Under the pieces are notes generated by a model. That model had not been told where the DNA came from and ran no database searches. It was given only the letters and a program-made list of their open reading frames with translations. The position numbers and the translations under genes are program-made. From Minisyncoccota bacterium (GTDB taxonomy: Bacteria; Patescibacteriota; Minisyncoccia; Minisyncoccales; JAQTPW01), in contig JAQTPW010000002.1 of assembly GCA_028712565.1 (NCBI GenBank), positions 99,601 to 163,600 on the forward strand: DNA of 64,000 nucleotides. Reading direction: 5' to 3'. Shown piece after piece: positions 7,430 through 16,092 of this stretch. Within the stretch, counting starts at the first letter, position 1; every line of letters begins with the position of its first letter.

Positions 7430-8578
7430 TTACTTTTTTTCTTCTTTTTCTTTTTTTTCCACCAGCTTTAAGCTCATTCTGTGCTCTACGGGTTGGATTT
7501 CCAAAATTTCAAATTCGTAAGTATCTCCGATTTTTAATATTTCTTCCATTTTTGTTCTGGTTCCAAATTCAGAAATATGACAAAGGCCTTGGATTTTTGG
7601 GGTAATCTGGACAAAAGCTCCAAAAGGGTTAAATTTAGTCACCTTGCCTGAAATCCTGCTTCCTTTTTTGTAATCGGTTTCAACATCCTGCCACGGGTCT
7701 TTTTTCAAAGATTTCAAAGAAAGGGAAACCCTGTCGTCTTTTATTTCAATAATTTTTGCTTTTATTTTTTCTCCGACTTTTACAATTTCAGCCGGGTCTG
7801 AAACGATTGACCAGTCAAGTTCTGAAATATGAATTAAGCCCTCTAGATTTTCTCTTCCGCCTGCATCGTCTGTGCCGGAAGCATTGCGGGCAGGAAATTT
7901 CATAAAAGCGCCAAAATCCACAAGCCCTGTAATTTCTCCTTCAACTATGTCTCCAACTTTATAATTTTTTAAAATTTCCTTTATTTTTTCAGTTTCTTTT
8001 GCTTTTTCAGATAAAATTAACTTGCCTTCTCTGGCGTCTAAATCAAAAATTTTCAATTCCATTTCTGTCCCAATAAATTTCTGAAGTTCTTTTAAAATCT
8101 TGTTTGTATCTCCGCCTTCAACTCTGGGATAATTCTGGGCAGATAATTGGGAAACCGGCAAAAATGCTGAAATGCCAGAAATCTCTGCCAGAAGCCCGCC
8201 CTTATTGGCTCCGGTTATTTTTACTGGAATTAATTCTCCGGTTTCTTTCTTTTGCCTTAATTTTTCCCAGCTTAATTCCTGGCCTGCCTGGCTTAAAGAC
8301 AATTCAATATAGCCCTCTTCGTTTTCAAGATCTATTACTTTTACAAAAATATCGTCTCCGATTTTTAAATTCTTCAAAATGTCTTTTGCGTTGTAAAATT
8401 CCCTTCCATAAATTATTCCTGCTCCGATTGGACCCAAATCAACATAAACCGCAGCTCTTTTTAAGCCGATTATTTTCCCTTCAATGATTTCGCCGACTCT
8501 CGGGGGCTTGATCTGGATTTCCTGCTGGAGAGAGGATTTTTTTTGAAGCAAATTGTTTTTTTCCAATAAATCTTCCAT
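7430..8578 (-). CDS. rpsA: 30S ribosomal protein S1-like (four S1 domains)
   Basis: Repeated S1 OB-fold units (GEIIEGKIIG..., G.IPVKITGANKGGLL..., GDIVEGEITGLVDFGAFMKF..., GSRISGKVTKFNPFGAFVQI...). Start moved to the ATG at 8578 (MEDLLEKNN) because the upstream 35 codons look like AT-rich read-through. Confidence 0.8.
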   Translation of the reverse strand: MEDLLEKNNLLQKKSSLQQEIQIKPPRVGEIIEGKIIGLKRAAVYVDLGPIGAGIIYGREFYNAKDILKNLKIGDDIFVKVIDLENEEGYIELSLSQAGQELSWEKLRQKKETGELIPVKITGANKGGLLAEISGISAFLPVSQLSAQNYPRVEGGDTNKILKELQKFIGTEMELKIFDLDAREGKLILSEKAKETEKIKEILKNYKVGDIVEGEITGLVDFGAFMKFPARNASGTDDAGGRENLEGLIHISELDWSIVSDPAEIVKVGEKIKAKIIEIKDDRVSLSLKSLKKDPWQDVETDYKKGSRISGKVTKFNPFGAFVQITPKIQGLCHISEFGTRTKMEEILKIGDTYEFEILEIQPVEHRMSLKLVEKKEKEEKK

Positions 8579-8721
8579 ATAATAATTTAAATAACATATA
8601 TTTTCCACAGATGCAAGGGTTGAGAAAAAGTTATTTTTATGGTAATATTTAATTAATAAAAATAAATAAAAACTTAATGTCAAAGTAAAATTAAATTTGG
8701 CATTTTAATTTTGGAATTATT

Positions 8722-9375
8722 ATGCAAATTATTTGGAAAGGACAATCTTGTTTTCAATTGCTGGCGCAAAAAGCAAAAAATAATCAGGTAAGCATTGTAA
8801 TAGATCCTTTTCAGGACGAAATAGGCCTAAAAGCCCCTTCTTTGGAGGCCGATATTTTATTAATTACTCACGACCACCACGATCATAATAATGAAAAAGC
8901 AGTTTCCGGAAGCCCTTTTTTGATAAACGGTCCGGGAGAGTACGAAGTAAAAGAAGTTTATATCCAAGGCATCCTCAGTTTTCATGACGACGCTCAAGGC
9001 AAAGAAAGGGGAGACAATACTATTTACACAATTGATGTTGAAGATTTGCGGATTTGCCATTTGGGAGATTTGGGCCAAAAAGAACTGACCAATGAGCAGT
9101 TGGAAAAAATCGGCGAGGTTGATGTTTTAATGATTCCGGTCGGCGGAAATTTTACTATTTCAGCAAAAGAAGCTTTGAAAATTATGTCCCAGATAGAGCC
9201 CAGCATTACGATTCCTATGCATTACCAGATTCCAAAGCTAAAGGAAAAATTAGAAGGGGTTGATAAATTTTTAAAAAGTTTGGGAATAAAATCAGCAAAT
9301 CCTGAAACAAAATTTTCAATAAAAAAGAAAGATATTGTTCCGGAAGAAGCAAAAGTTATTTTATTAAAACCTTAA
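8722..9375 (+). CDS. MBL-fold metal-dependent hydrolase (UPF0173-like)
   Basis: HDHHDH metal-binding motif. Size and layout are typical of small beta-lactamase-fold hydrolases. Confidence 0.75.
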   Translation: MQIIWKGQSCFQLLAQKAKNNQVSIVIDPFQDEIGLKAPSLEADILLITHDHHDHNNEKAVSGSPFLINGPGEYEVKEVYIQGILSFHDDAQGKERGDNTIYTIDVEDLRICHLGDLGQKELTNEQLEKIGEVDVLMIPVGGNFTISAKEALKIMSQIEPSITIPMHYQIPKLKEKLEGVDKFLKSLGIKSANPETKFSIKKKDIVPEEAKVILLKP

Positions 9376-9393
9376 ATTTAAAATTGCAGGGAC

Positions 9394-9639
9394 TTGATGA
9401 AATTTCTAGAAAAAATCCAAAATCTGCCGGAAAGGAAAAGAAAAATAATTTTATGGATTCTGGTTTCATTGATTGGAATAATTCTTTTGTTTTGGTATGT
9501 AAAAGTTTTCCAGTCAAGATTTAAAAGTTTTAACAAAGAGGAAATCCAAAAAGAGTTGAACCTTCCGGATTTAAAAGAAAAAATGCAGGATTTGCCCGCA
9601 TTTGGCCTTCCAAATTTAAATGCGACATCTGCACAATAA
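9394..9639 (+). CDS. Small single-TM membrane protein, hypothetical
   Basis: 81 aa with one hydrophobic helix (IILWILVSLIGIILLFWYV). Same strand and tight spacing with gyrA. The antisense ORF 9378..9698 is judged a shadow. Confidence 0.45.
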   Translation: MMKFLEKIQNLPERKRKIILWILVSLIGIILLFWYVKVFQSRFKSFNKEEIQKELNLPDLKEKMQDLPAFGLPNLNATSAQ

Positions 9640-9645
9640 TTTTTT

Positions 9646-12159
9646 ATGGCAAAAGAAAAACCTAATAAAAAAATAAATAAGCCGGTAAAGCCAGACAAGC
9701 CAATTAATGAAATAGGAAAAATAAAGAGCAGAGAGATTACCGAGGAAATGAAAGATTCCTACATTGATTATGCAATGTCGGTTATTGTTTCCAGGGCTCT
9801 TCCCGACGTCAGAGATGGATTAAAGCCGGTCCACCGGAGGATTTTATATGCTATGCATGAAGACGGGTTAAGGCATGATGCAAAATTCAGAAAATCAGCC
9901 ACGGTAGTCGGCAGCTGCTTGGGGAGATACCATCCGCACGGAGATGTTGCGGTTTACGATGCTTTGGCCAGAATGGCCCAAGATTTTTCCCTAAGATATC
10001 CTTTGATTGACGGTCAGGGAAATTTCGGTTCAATAGACGACTCGCCGGCAGCTATGAGATATACCGAGTGCCGGATGTCAAAAATTGGAGAAGAAACACT
10101 AAAAGATATTGAAAAAGAAACAGTTGGTTTTGTTGATAACTATGACGGCACCAGAAAAGAACCGACAGTTTTGCCCAGCCCAGTTCCCCAGCTTTTGCTG
10201 AATGGTTCCTTGGGGATTGCAGTTGGCATGGCAACAAATATTCCAACTCATAATTTGTCAGAAGTTTGCGACGCCATAAACCATTTGATTGATAATCCCA
10301 AAGCCGACACCGAAGACCTTTTTATGTTTGTAAAAGGACCTGACTTTCCAACCGGCGGAGAAATTTTTGACCAAAAAGGGATAATCCAGGCCTATTCTCA
10401 AGGCAAGGGCCCGATTTTGACTCGCGGCAAAACAGAAGTAGTGGAGCAGGAAAAAACCGGACGCCAACAGATTATTATTACCGAAATCCCTTTCCAGGTT
10501 TCAAAGTCAACTTTAATTGAACAGTTTGCAAATTTGGTTCAGGAAAAAAAGATTGACGGGATAAAAGACATTAGAGACGAGTCAGACAAGGAGGGCTTGA
10601 GAATAGTAATTGATTTGCAAAAAGACGCTTTCCCCCAGAAAATATTGAACCGGCTTTATAAATTTTCCGATCTCCAGAGAACTTTTCATTTGAATATGCT
10701 GGCTTTAGTAGATGGAATTCAGCCGAGAGTTTTAAATTTGGTTGAAATTTTAAGCTATTTTATTGAGCACAGAAAAGAAGTCGTTTTCAAAAGAACAAAA
10801 TACGATTTAGATAAGGCAAAAGAAAGGGCTCATATTTTGGAAGGCTTGCATAAATGCTTGGCCCACATTGATGAAGTAATACGCATTATTAAAAATTCCG
10901 CCAGCCGAGAAGATGCCCAAAAGAATTTGATGAGAAGATTCAAGCTGACCGAAATCCAGGCAAATGCGATTTTGGAAACAAAACTCGCAGCTTTGGCAAA
11001 ATTGGAAAGGCAAAAAATTGAGGATGAATTGAAGGAGCTTCAGGGGAAAATTAAAGAATACACCGCAATTTTAAAAAGCCCGCAGAAAATAAAAGAAATT
11101 GTAAAAAAAGAAGTAAGGGAAATAAAAGAAAATTTCGGCGACGAAAGAAGGACAAAAATCCATGTTCAGCAGGTTGGCGAAATTGCCGAGGAAGATTTAA
11201 TTCCTTCAGAAGAGACGATTATTACCTTGACCCAAGGCGGGTACATAAAAAGAATAAATCCGGAAGTTTATAAAATCCAGAAAAGAGGAGGCAAGGGTTT
11301 AGTTGGCATGAAAACAGTTGGCGAAGATATAGTGGAGCATTTCTTAACCGCCAATACTCATGACAATCTTTTATTTTTTTCTGATTCAGGCAAAGTTTTC
11401 AGAAGCCCGGTTTATGAAATACCCGAAGGCCAAAGAGTGGCAAAGGGAAGAGGGCTTTTGAATTTCTTGGAAATTTCCCCGCAGGACAAAATTTTGTCTT
11501 TAATCGCTTTGGGAAAAAATGATCTGGGCTTGGGGATAAAATATTTAGTGATGGTAACTAAAGATGGTATAATCAAAAAAACCGAATTATCTGAATTTGA
11601 AAATGTCAGAAGGTCGGGTTTAATAGCCATTACCCTCAAAAAAGACGATTTGCTAAGAGGCGTTTCCAAAAGCACAGGCGAAGATGACATAATTTTGGTG
11701 ACCAAAAAGGGAAAGAGCATCCGCTTTAAAGAAAAAGCAATGAGAGATATGGGGAGAGCGGCCTCCGGAGTTAGGGGAATCAGATTGGGCGGAGGAGACA
11801 AATTGGTTGGCATGGACGTTATCCAGAATATAAAAGCCGGCGACAAGCAAAAGCCAGAAAAACAATATTTATTTGTTTTAACTGAAAATGGTTACGGAAA
11901 GAAAACTGATTTGAAAGAATACAGGTTGCAGGGAAGAGGAGGCAGCGGGATTAAAACCTCAAAAGTTACTTCAAAAACCGGAGAAATAGTGGCTTCCAAA
12001 GTTTTGACTCAAGAAGAAGATTTAATTGTTATTTCAAGAGGCGGCCAAGTCATAAGAACAGAAATAAAAAGTATTCCGGTTTTGAGCAGGGGGACACAAG
12101 GAGTCAGAATTATGAAGCTTGGCGAGGGCGACAAAGTGGCATCGGCGGTGTGCATATAA
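9646..12159 (+). CDS. gyrA: DNA gyrase subunit A
   Basis: 837 aa. Contains [17 protein letters not shown], the active-site AAMRYTE region and C-terminal beta-pinwheel repeats. Confidence 0.97.
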   Translation: MAKEKPNKKINKPVKPDKPINEIGKIKSREITEEMKDSYIDYAMSVIVSRALPDVRDGLKPVHRRILYAMHEDGLRHDAKFRKSATVVGSCLGRYHPHGDVAVYDALARMAQDFSLRYPLIDGQGNFGSIDDSPAAMRYTECRMSKIGEETLKDIEKETVGFVDNYDGTRKEPTVLPSPVPQLLLNGSLGIAVGMATNIPTHNLSEVCDAINHLIDNPKADTEDLFMFVKGPDFPTGGEIFDQKGIIQAYSQGKGPILTRGKTEVVEQEKTGRQQIIITEIPFQVSKSTLIEQFANLVQEKKIDGIKDIRDESDKEGLRIVIDLQKDAFPQKILNRLYKFSDLQRTFHLNMLALVDGIQPRVLNLVEILSYFIEHRKEVVFKRTKYDLDKAKERAHILEGLHKCLAHIDEVIRIIKNSASREDAQKNLMRRFKLTEIQANAILETKLAALAKLERQKIEDELKELQGKIKEYTAILKSPQKIKEIVKKEVREIKENFGDERRTKIHVQQVGEIAEEDLIPSEETIITLTQGGYIKRINPEVYKIQKRGGKGLVGMKTVGEDIVEHFLTANTHDNLLFFSDSGKVFRSPVYEIPEGQRVAKGRGLLNFLEISPQDKILSLIALGKNDLGLGIKYLVMVTKDGIIKKTELSEFENVRRSGLIAITLKKDDLLRGVSKSTGEDDIILVTKKGKSIRFKEKAMRDMGRAASGVRGIRLGGGDKLVGMDVIQNIKAGDKQKPEKQYLFVLTENGYGKKTDLKEYRLQGRGGSGIKTSKVTSKTGEIVASKVLTQEEDLIVISRGGQVIRTEIKSIPVLSRGTQGVRIMKLGEGDKVASAVCI

Positions 12160-12162
12160 TAT

Positions 12163-12211
12163 TAGTAGCTAGTAGTTAGTAACTGGTAACTAGTAACTAG
12201 AATTTAGCAAA
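12163..12211. repeat. Heptamer-periodic spacer (7 units: tagtagc tagtagt tagtaac tggtaac tagtaac tagaatt tagcaaa)
   Basis: Fills essentially the whole gyrA-to-methyltransferase spacer. TAG recurs every 7 nt, so stops fall in all three frames. Confidence 0.85.
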
Positions 12212-12212
12212 T

Positions 12213-12728
12213 ATGGAAGGATTTTTAAACCCAGTAGAAGTTTTAAAAAATCTGGAGCTCGAAAAATATATGGTAGCTGCCGATTTTGGTTCGGGCTCTG
12301 GCGGATGGGTAATTCCTTTGGCAAAAAAACTGGAAGACGGCAGGGTTTTTGCAATTGATATTTTATTGCAGCCCTTGTCTGTTTTGGAGAGTCGGGCAAA
12401 AATGGAAAAGTTATTTAATATTCAAACTATAAAAACCGATATCGAAGCTGGTTCAAAATTGCGCCAAGAATCATGCGATTTGGTTTTGCTGACTAATTTG
12501 TTATTTGAAGCCAAAGATAAAAAGGGAATCTTAAAAGAAGCGGGGCGAGTTTTAAAACCAACCGGGAAAATTTTAATAGCTGACTGGAAAAAAGACGCAT
12601 CTTTCGGGCCGAAAGAAGGCAGAGTATCTTCTGACGAGATAGAAAAAATGGCAAAAGATCTGGATTTTAAAGTTGAAAAAAGGTTTGACGCCGGGCTTTA
12701 CCATTGGGGACTAATTCTGGTAAAATAA
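12213..12728 (+). CDS. Class I SAM-dependent methyltransferase
   Basis: Motif I VAADFGSGSGGW and a later LKPTGKILIADW segment. Confidence 0.75.
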   Translation: MEGFLNPVEVLKNLELEKYMVAADFGSGSGGWVIPLAKKLEDGRVFAIDILLQPLSVLESRAKMEKLFNIQTIKTDIEAGSKLRQESCDLVLLTNLLFEAKDKKGILKEAGRVLKPTGKILIADWKKDASFGPKEGRVSSDEIEKMAKDLDFKVEKRFDAGLYHWGLILVK

Positions 12729-12734
12729 CCTAAT

Positions 12735-13805
12735 ATGAAAAAATTTTTACCTATTTTTTTAACCGCATTTTTAGTTTTAATCTTTAGTATTTTAGTATTC
12801 AATTCTGTTTCTGCGTGCACTAATGACAGCGAGTGCAACGCCGATTATTATTGTGGTGCGAATGGCTTAAAATATACATATCGTTGCTGTACGTCGCCCG
12901 GTGATTGTGAAGATTCGTACGGGAAATGCGTGATTAACGTAGGCAGTGCCTCTTGCGATAATGACTGTTGCGCTGCTTCTTGCGGCGGTCAAGGCTGCTG
13001 CACTGTCAGCGGTTGTTTTTGCGGTCCCTGCGCGAATGAAAATGAGGCTTGTACGATTGATACAAAGTGCCATAGTCCTCTTTTATGCTGTCCCGTTGGC
13101 TCAGGTTATAAATGCAAGACGGCTTGTACGATACCATGCCAGCCGGATGGATGTAATAACATTTGTCCTGAGGGTTGTTTTACTGCAGACCAAGATCCAG
13201 ATTGCGGGTGTAAAAGCGGCGATAATTGCTGCGGAATAGGTTGCAATAATTCTGATTCAGATTGCGATAGTTCGTGTTTAGACAGAGGGGCAGCGTGTAC
13301 CGATTCTAATAAATGTTGTTCAAAAAAATGTAGTGATGAGTCGTCAGCCTGTTATGGATTAAGCAATCTTGATGCTCATCAGGCGTGTTATGATGGCAAT
13401 GAATGCAAAAGCGGCGAGTGTATGGGGCCTATGATGGCAGGAGTTCCAGGACTTTGCATAGCAGGGAGTAGCGATGGTGGTGATGACGATGGCAAGGATG
13501 GCAATGGCAATGGCAATGAGGATGGCAATGGTTCTGGATTTAGTTTTTCAATACCAAATCCCTTAAAAGCTGCTTCCTTCGAAGAGTTAATAAATGCAAT
13601 TATTGGTTTTGTTCTTATAGTAAGTTTCGCAATAGTTCCTTTGATGATTTTAATTTCAGCTTTTTACTTTATGACTTCCGGAGGAGATCCGGCAAAAACA
13701 AAAATTGCAAAAGATATTTTGCTTTACACTATAATCGGTTTTGCAGTTATACTTTTTTCCAAGGGCTTGATTTTGGTAATTCAAAATATATTAGGAGTTA
13801 AATAA
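12735..13805 (+). CDS. Secreted cysteine-rich protein fused to a C-terminal TrbC/VirB2-like (T4SS-pilin-type) two-TM domain
   Basis: Signal peptide, then about 215 aa very rich in Cys (roughly a quarter of residues; CC/CxC/CxxC patterns). A D/G/N-rich linker follows. The C-terminus (...AFYFMTSGGDPAKTKIAKDILLYTIIGFAVILF) is recognised from memory as the pilin-type domain common in CPR. Confidence 0.7.
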   Translation: MKKFLPIFLTAFLVLIFSILVFNSVSACTNDSECNADYYCGANGLKYTYRCCTSPGDCEDSYGKCVINVGSASCDNDCCAASCGGQGCCTVSGCFCGPCANENEACTIDTKCHSPLLCCPVGSGYKCKTACTIPCQPDGCNNICPEGCFTADQDPDCGCKSGDNCCGIGCNNSDSDCDSSCLDRGAACTDSNKCCSKKCSDESSACYGLSNLDAHQACYDGNECKSGECMGPMMAGVPGLCIAGSSDGGDDDGKDGNGNGNEDGNGSGFSFSIPNPLKAASFEELINAIIGFVLIVSFAIVPLMILISAFYFMTSGGDPAKTKIAKDILLYTIIGFAVILFSKGLILVIQNILGVK

Positions 13806-13845
13806 TAAAAAGGTCGGCCAAATATATATTTAGAAAAGAAATCAA

Positions 13846-14271
13846 ATGAAAAAATTTTTTTCGGCCATATCGTTGTTGAGCATTCTAGTTGTAATAATTA
13901 TGCCATTTACGGTTTTGGCAGTTCAGGGAGCTCCCGAAGCGTGCGAAATTAGCGCCAGAAATATTGAAAGAATGAATAACAATACGGATTTGCAATGTAC
14001 GGCAGGTGTTTGTAATTTCACGAATTCTAAATGCGGAATGTGCTGTTTGTTGAATACTTTTTACACAATTACTGATTGGATTTTCTTTTTCCTGATTGGA
14101 TTAGCTGTAATATTTGTTATTGTGGCAGGATTCCATTTCCTTTTCTCAGGCGGTTCTCCAGAAAAAACATTAATGGCAAGGAATTATTTAATTTATGCCG
14201 CTGTCGGCATTGCAGTCGGGCTTTTAGCTAGAGCAATTCCATCTTTGGTTAAAATGTTGACTGGAGTTTAG
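13846..14271 (+). CDS. TrbC/VirB2-like (T4SS-pilin-type) small membrane protein
   Basis: Signal peptide, short Cys-containing segment, then two TM helices around FSGGSPEKTLMARNYLIYAAVG. Paralogous to the C-terminus of the preceding gene. Confidence 0.65.
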   Translation: MKKFFSAISLLSILVVIIMPFTVLAVQGAPEACEISARNIERMNNNTDLQCTAGVCNFTNSKCGMCCLLNTFYTITDWIFFFLIGLAVIFVIVAGFHFLFSGGSPEKTLMARNYLIYAAVGIAVGLLARAIPSLVKMLTGV

Positions 14272-14299
14272 TCATAAAACTTGGAATTCTATAAAATTT

Positions 14300-14418
14300 A
14301 GCCCCCACACATATTCCATAAAGATTTGTGGTTATCTTGAGCGCATAAGGTAAATCCGCCTCGCGGCTCTTGAAAATTTGGTACTGCAAATCATCACAAG
14401 AATAGGTGTGGGGGCTTG
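14300..14418 (+). other. Long imperfect hairpin (about 118 nt), unassigned: extended terminator or small RNA candidate
   Basis: AGCCCCCACACAUAUUC (14300-14316) pairs with GAAUAGGUGUGGGGGCU (14402-14418). UUGUGGUUAU pairs with AUCAUCACAA. The apical CCGCCUCGCGG forms a hairpin. GCGUUUUCUAUU follows the structure. Confidence 0.4.
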
Positions 14419-14443
14419 CGTTTTCTATTAAATAAAATAGAAT
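14416..14443 (+). promoter_or_regulatory. Candidate promoter of tRNA-Leu(UAG)
   Basis: TTGCGT-16 nt-TAGAAT, about 22 nt upstream of the tRNA 5' end. Confidence 0.45.
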
Positions 14444-14464
14444 TTAAAAATAAACAGCATCTTT

Positions 14465-14546
14465 GCCCTCGTGGCGGAATTGGAATACGCGTATGGCTTA
14501 GGACCATATGTCGAAAGACTTGTGGGTTCGAGTCCCACCGAGGGCA
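14465..14546 (+). tRNA. tRNA-Leu(UAG)
   Basis: GCCCUCG-UG-GCG-GAAUUGGAAUA-CGC-G-UAUGG-CUUAGGA-CCAUA-UGUCGAAAGACUU-GUGGG-UUCGAGU-CCCAC-CGAGGGC-A. Confidence 0.9.
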
Positions 14547-14614
14547 CCGAGTCAAACTCGGTTCGCAAAACGAGTTTGCGAGGTAGGCGCGTCTGACGCG
14601 CCACCAGGTTATCG

Positions 14615-14643
14615 AAAAGCGCGGCCTCGTGGCCGCGCTTTTT
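14615..14643. terminator. Bidirectional rho-independent terminator (tRNA-Leu transcript / hsp20)
   Basis: AAAAGCGCGGCC-UCGU-GGCCGCGCUUUU lies between convergent units. Confidence 0.75.
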
Positions 14644-14650
14644 GTGATTA

Positions 14651-15304
14651 CTAATTTTCCTGTCCTCTTACTTGAATTTTCCTTTTTTTATCCCGGTCTA
14701 TTTTTGGTATTCTTACGGTCAAAATTCCGTCTTTTAAAGTGGCTTCCGTCCTTGAAGGATCTACCTCAACTGATAAAATAATTTGCCTTGAGAATGGGCC
14801 CCAGAAACATTCTTGATAAAAATAATTTCTTTCAGTTTCTTCGGCTGGTTTTTCCCTTATGCCTTTTATTAAAATCATATCTCCTTCAATGGAAATATCC
14901 AAGCTGTCTGGTTTTACTCCGGCAATGGCTGATTGGATGACCAGATTTTCTTCAGTTTGGTAAACATCAATTGCCAATTGCCCTTCGGCCTCTTTGCTGA
15001 AAGCTGCCCATTTGTCCTCTTTATCGTTCTGAATTTTCGTAGAAACTGGCAAAGATTCGGAACTTTTCTCTTTTTCTATTTTTATTTCTTCTTTTTCCAC
15101 TGGTTTTTCAATTTTATTTTCAACTGGCTTTTCTTCGATCTCGGGTTCAGCCCACTTTTTTATTTTTTGCTTCTTTGGTTTTTCAGCCGGTTCTTCCCTT
15201 GATTCGTCTTGCGGCTCTTTAGACTCTTCTTTTATTTCTTCCTCAACATTTTCCGGAAGATCCTCGGTTTTCATCCCCCTTTTTAATTTATCGAAAAAAG
15301 ACAT
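14651..15304 (-). CDS. Hsp20/alpha-crystallin small heat-shock protein with E/K-rich N-terminal extension
   Basis: C-terminal alpha-crystallin domain (LAIDVYQTEENLVIQSAIAGVKPDSLDISIEGDMILIKG...GILTVRIPK). Confidence 0.85.
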   Translation of the reverse strand: MSFFDKLKRGMKTEDLPENVEEEIKEESKEPQDESREEPAEKPKKQKIKKWAEPEIEEKPVENKIEKPVEKEEIKIEKEKSSESLPVSTKIQNDKEDKWAAFSKEAEGQLAIDVYQTEENLVIQSAIAGVKPDSLDISIEGDMILIKGIREKPAEETERNYFYQECFWGPFSRQIILSVEVDPSRTEATLKDGILTVRIPKIDRDKKRKIQVRGQEN

Positions 15305-15356
15305 AGTAGTATTTCAAAAATATTTAATTTTTGATTTTTAATATTTGATATTTTTA

Positions 15357-16091
15357 TTATATTTTACAAACGCTTTTTAATTTTTTTAATTTTCTAAAGC
15401 AAAAGCCTATCAAAACAACCAGTCCCACAAAAATGCTAATCAGGGAAACAGTGGAAAAAATAGATAATTGCTGGTTTTTGCTCTCCAATAACTTTATTAT
15501 ATAAAAATTGTAAAGCCCATGCAATAAAATTGAAATCATTATTCCAAGGGCAAATAATTTATCTCTTTTTTTTGTTTCATACAAAGATAGGGCGAGGAAG
15601 AAACCGATAATTCCAGAGCAGAGAGCGTGCAAAAAAGTGGCGCTGATAAACCGGTATCCGGCCAAACTAAGAGTTTGGCTTATTGAATATCCAAAGGCAT
15701 TTGGAGATAAAAAAATTAGGATATTTTCAAGGGCGGCAAAACCCATAGCCGAAGTTATCATATAAACCATAACATCCGTTGGCTCGTCAAATTCAGGATG
15801 CAAAAGCACTTTTTCCCTTACTACCAGATATTTCAAAGATTCTTCTATTGCCGCTACTCCTAAAACCATATAAAAAAATAAAAAAATCCCATTTCCAAGA
15901 TAAGAATCTTTTACAAAAAAGAATTTAAACCCGTTTTCCATCAAATACGCCGGAATTGTTGCCAGGGCTCCGTAAAAGAAAATTTTTAAAATCATCCCTT
16001 TTGATTCGGGATGGACATCTCGGCTCAAAAAAATCAAAAGCCAGATTACGCTCGGTAAAAGGCCTATGAATAAGCAAAATGGGTAGTACAT
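15357..16091 (-). CDS. PrsW-family intramembrane protease-like membrane protein
   Basis: Polytopic membrane protein with AAIEESLKY and FLHALCSG motifs. Start placed at the ATG at 16091 (MYYPF), which abuts the valS stop. Confidence 0.55.
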   Translation of the reverse strand: MYYPFCLFIGLLPSVIWLLIFLSRDVHPESKGMILKIFFYGALATIPAYLMENGFKFFFVKDSYLGNGIFLFFYMVLGVAAIEESLKYLVVREKVLLHPEFDEPTDVMVYMITSAMGFAALENILIFLSPNAFGYSISQTLSLAGYRFISATFLHALCSGIIGFFLALSLYETKKRDKLFALGIMISILLHGLYNFYIIKLLESKNQQLSIFSTVSLISIFVGLVVLIGFCFRKLKKLKSVCKI

Positions 16092-16092
16092 T

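Noticed and set aside
14300-14418. Identification of the rod-like hairpin as SRP (4.5S) RNA or 6S RNA.
   Set aside because: Neither strand has the SRP domain IV signature (GGAA/GNRA loop flanked by the AGCA-type symmetric loop). The structure is too short and lacks the central bubble expected for 6S. It is kept only as an unassigned structure.
14547-14614. Three consecutive small hairpins after tRNA-Leu(UAG), with a mutually exclusive alternative pairing (CAAACUCG / CGAGUUUG) that looks like a terminator/antiterminator switch.
   Set aside because: No gene lies downstream on that strand to be regulated, because the next gene is convergent (hsp20). The hairpins are most simply a structured tRNA trailer or stacked terminators for the two convergent units.
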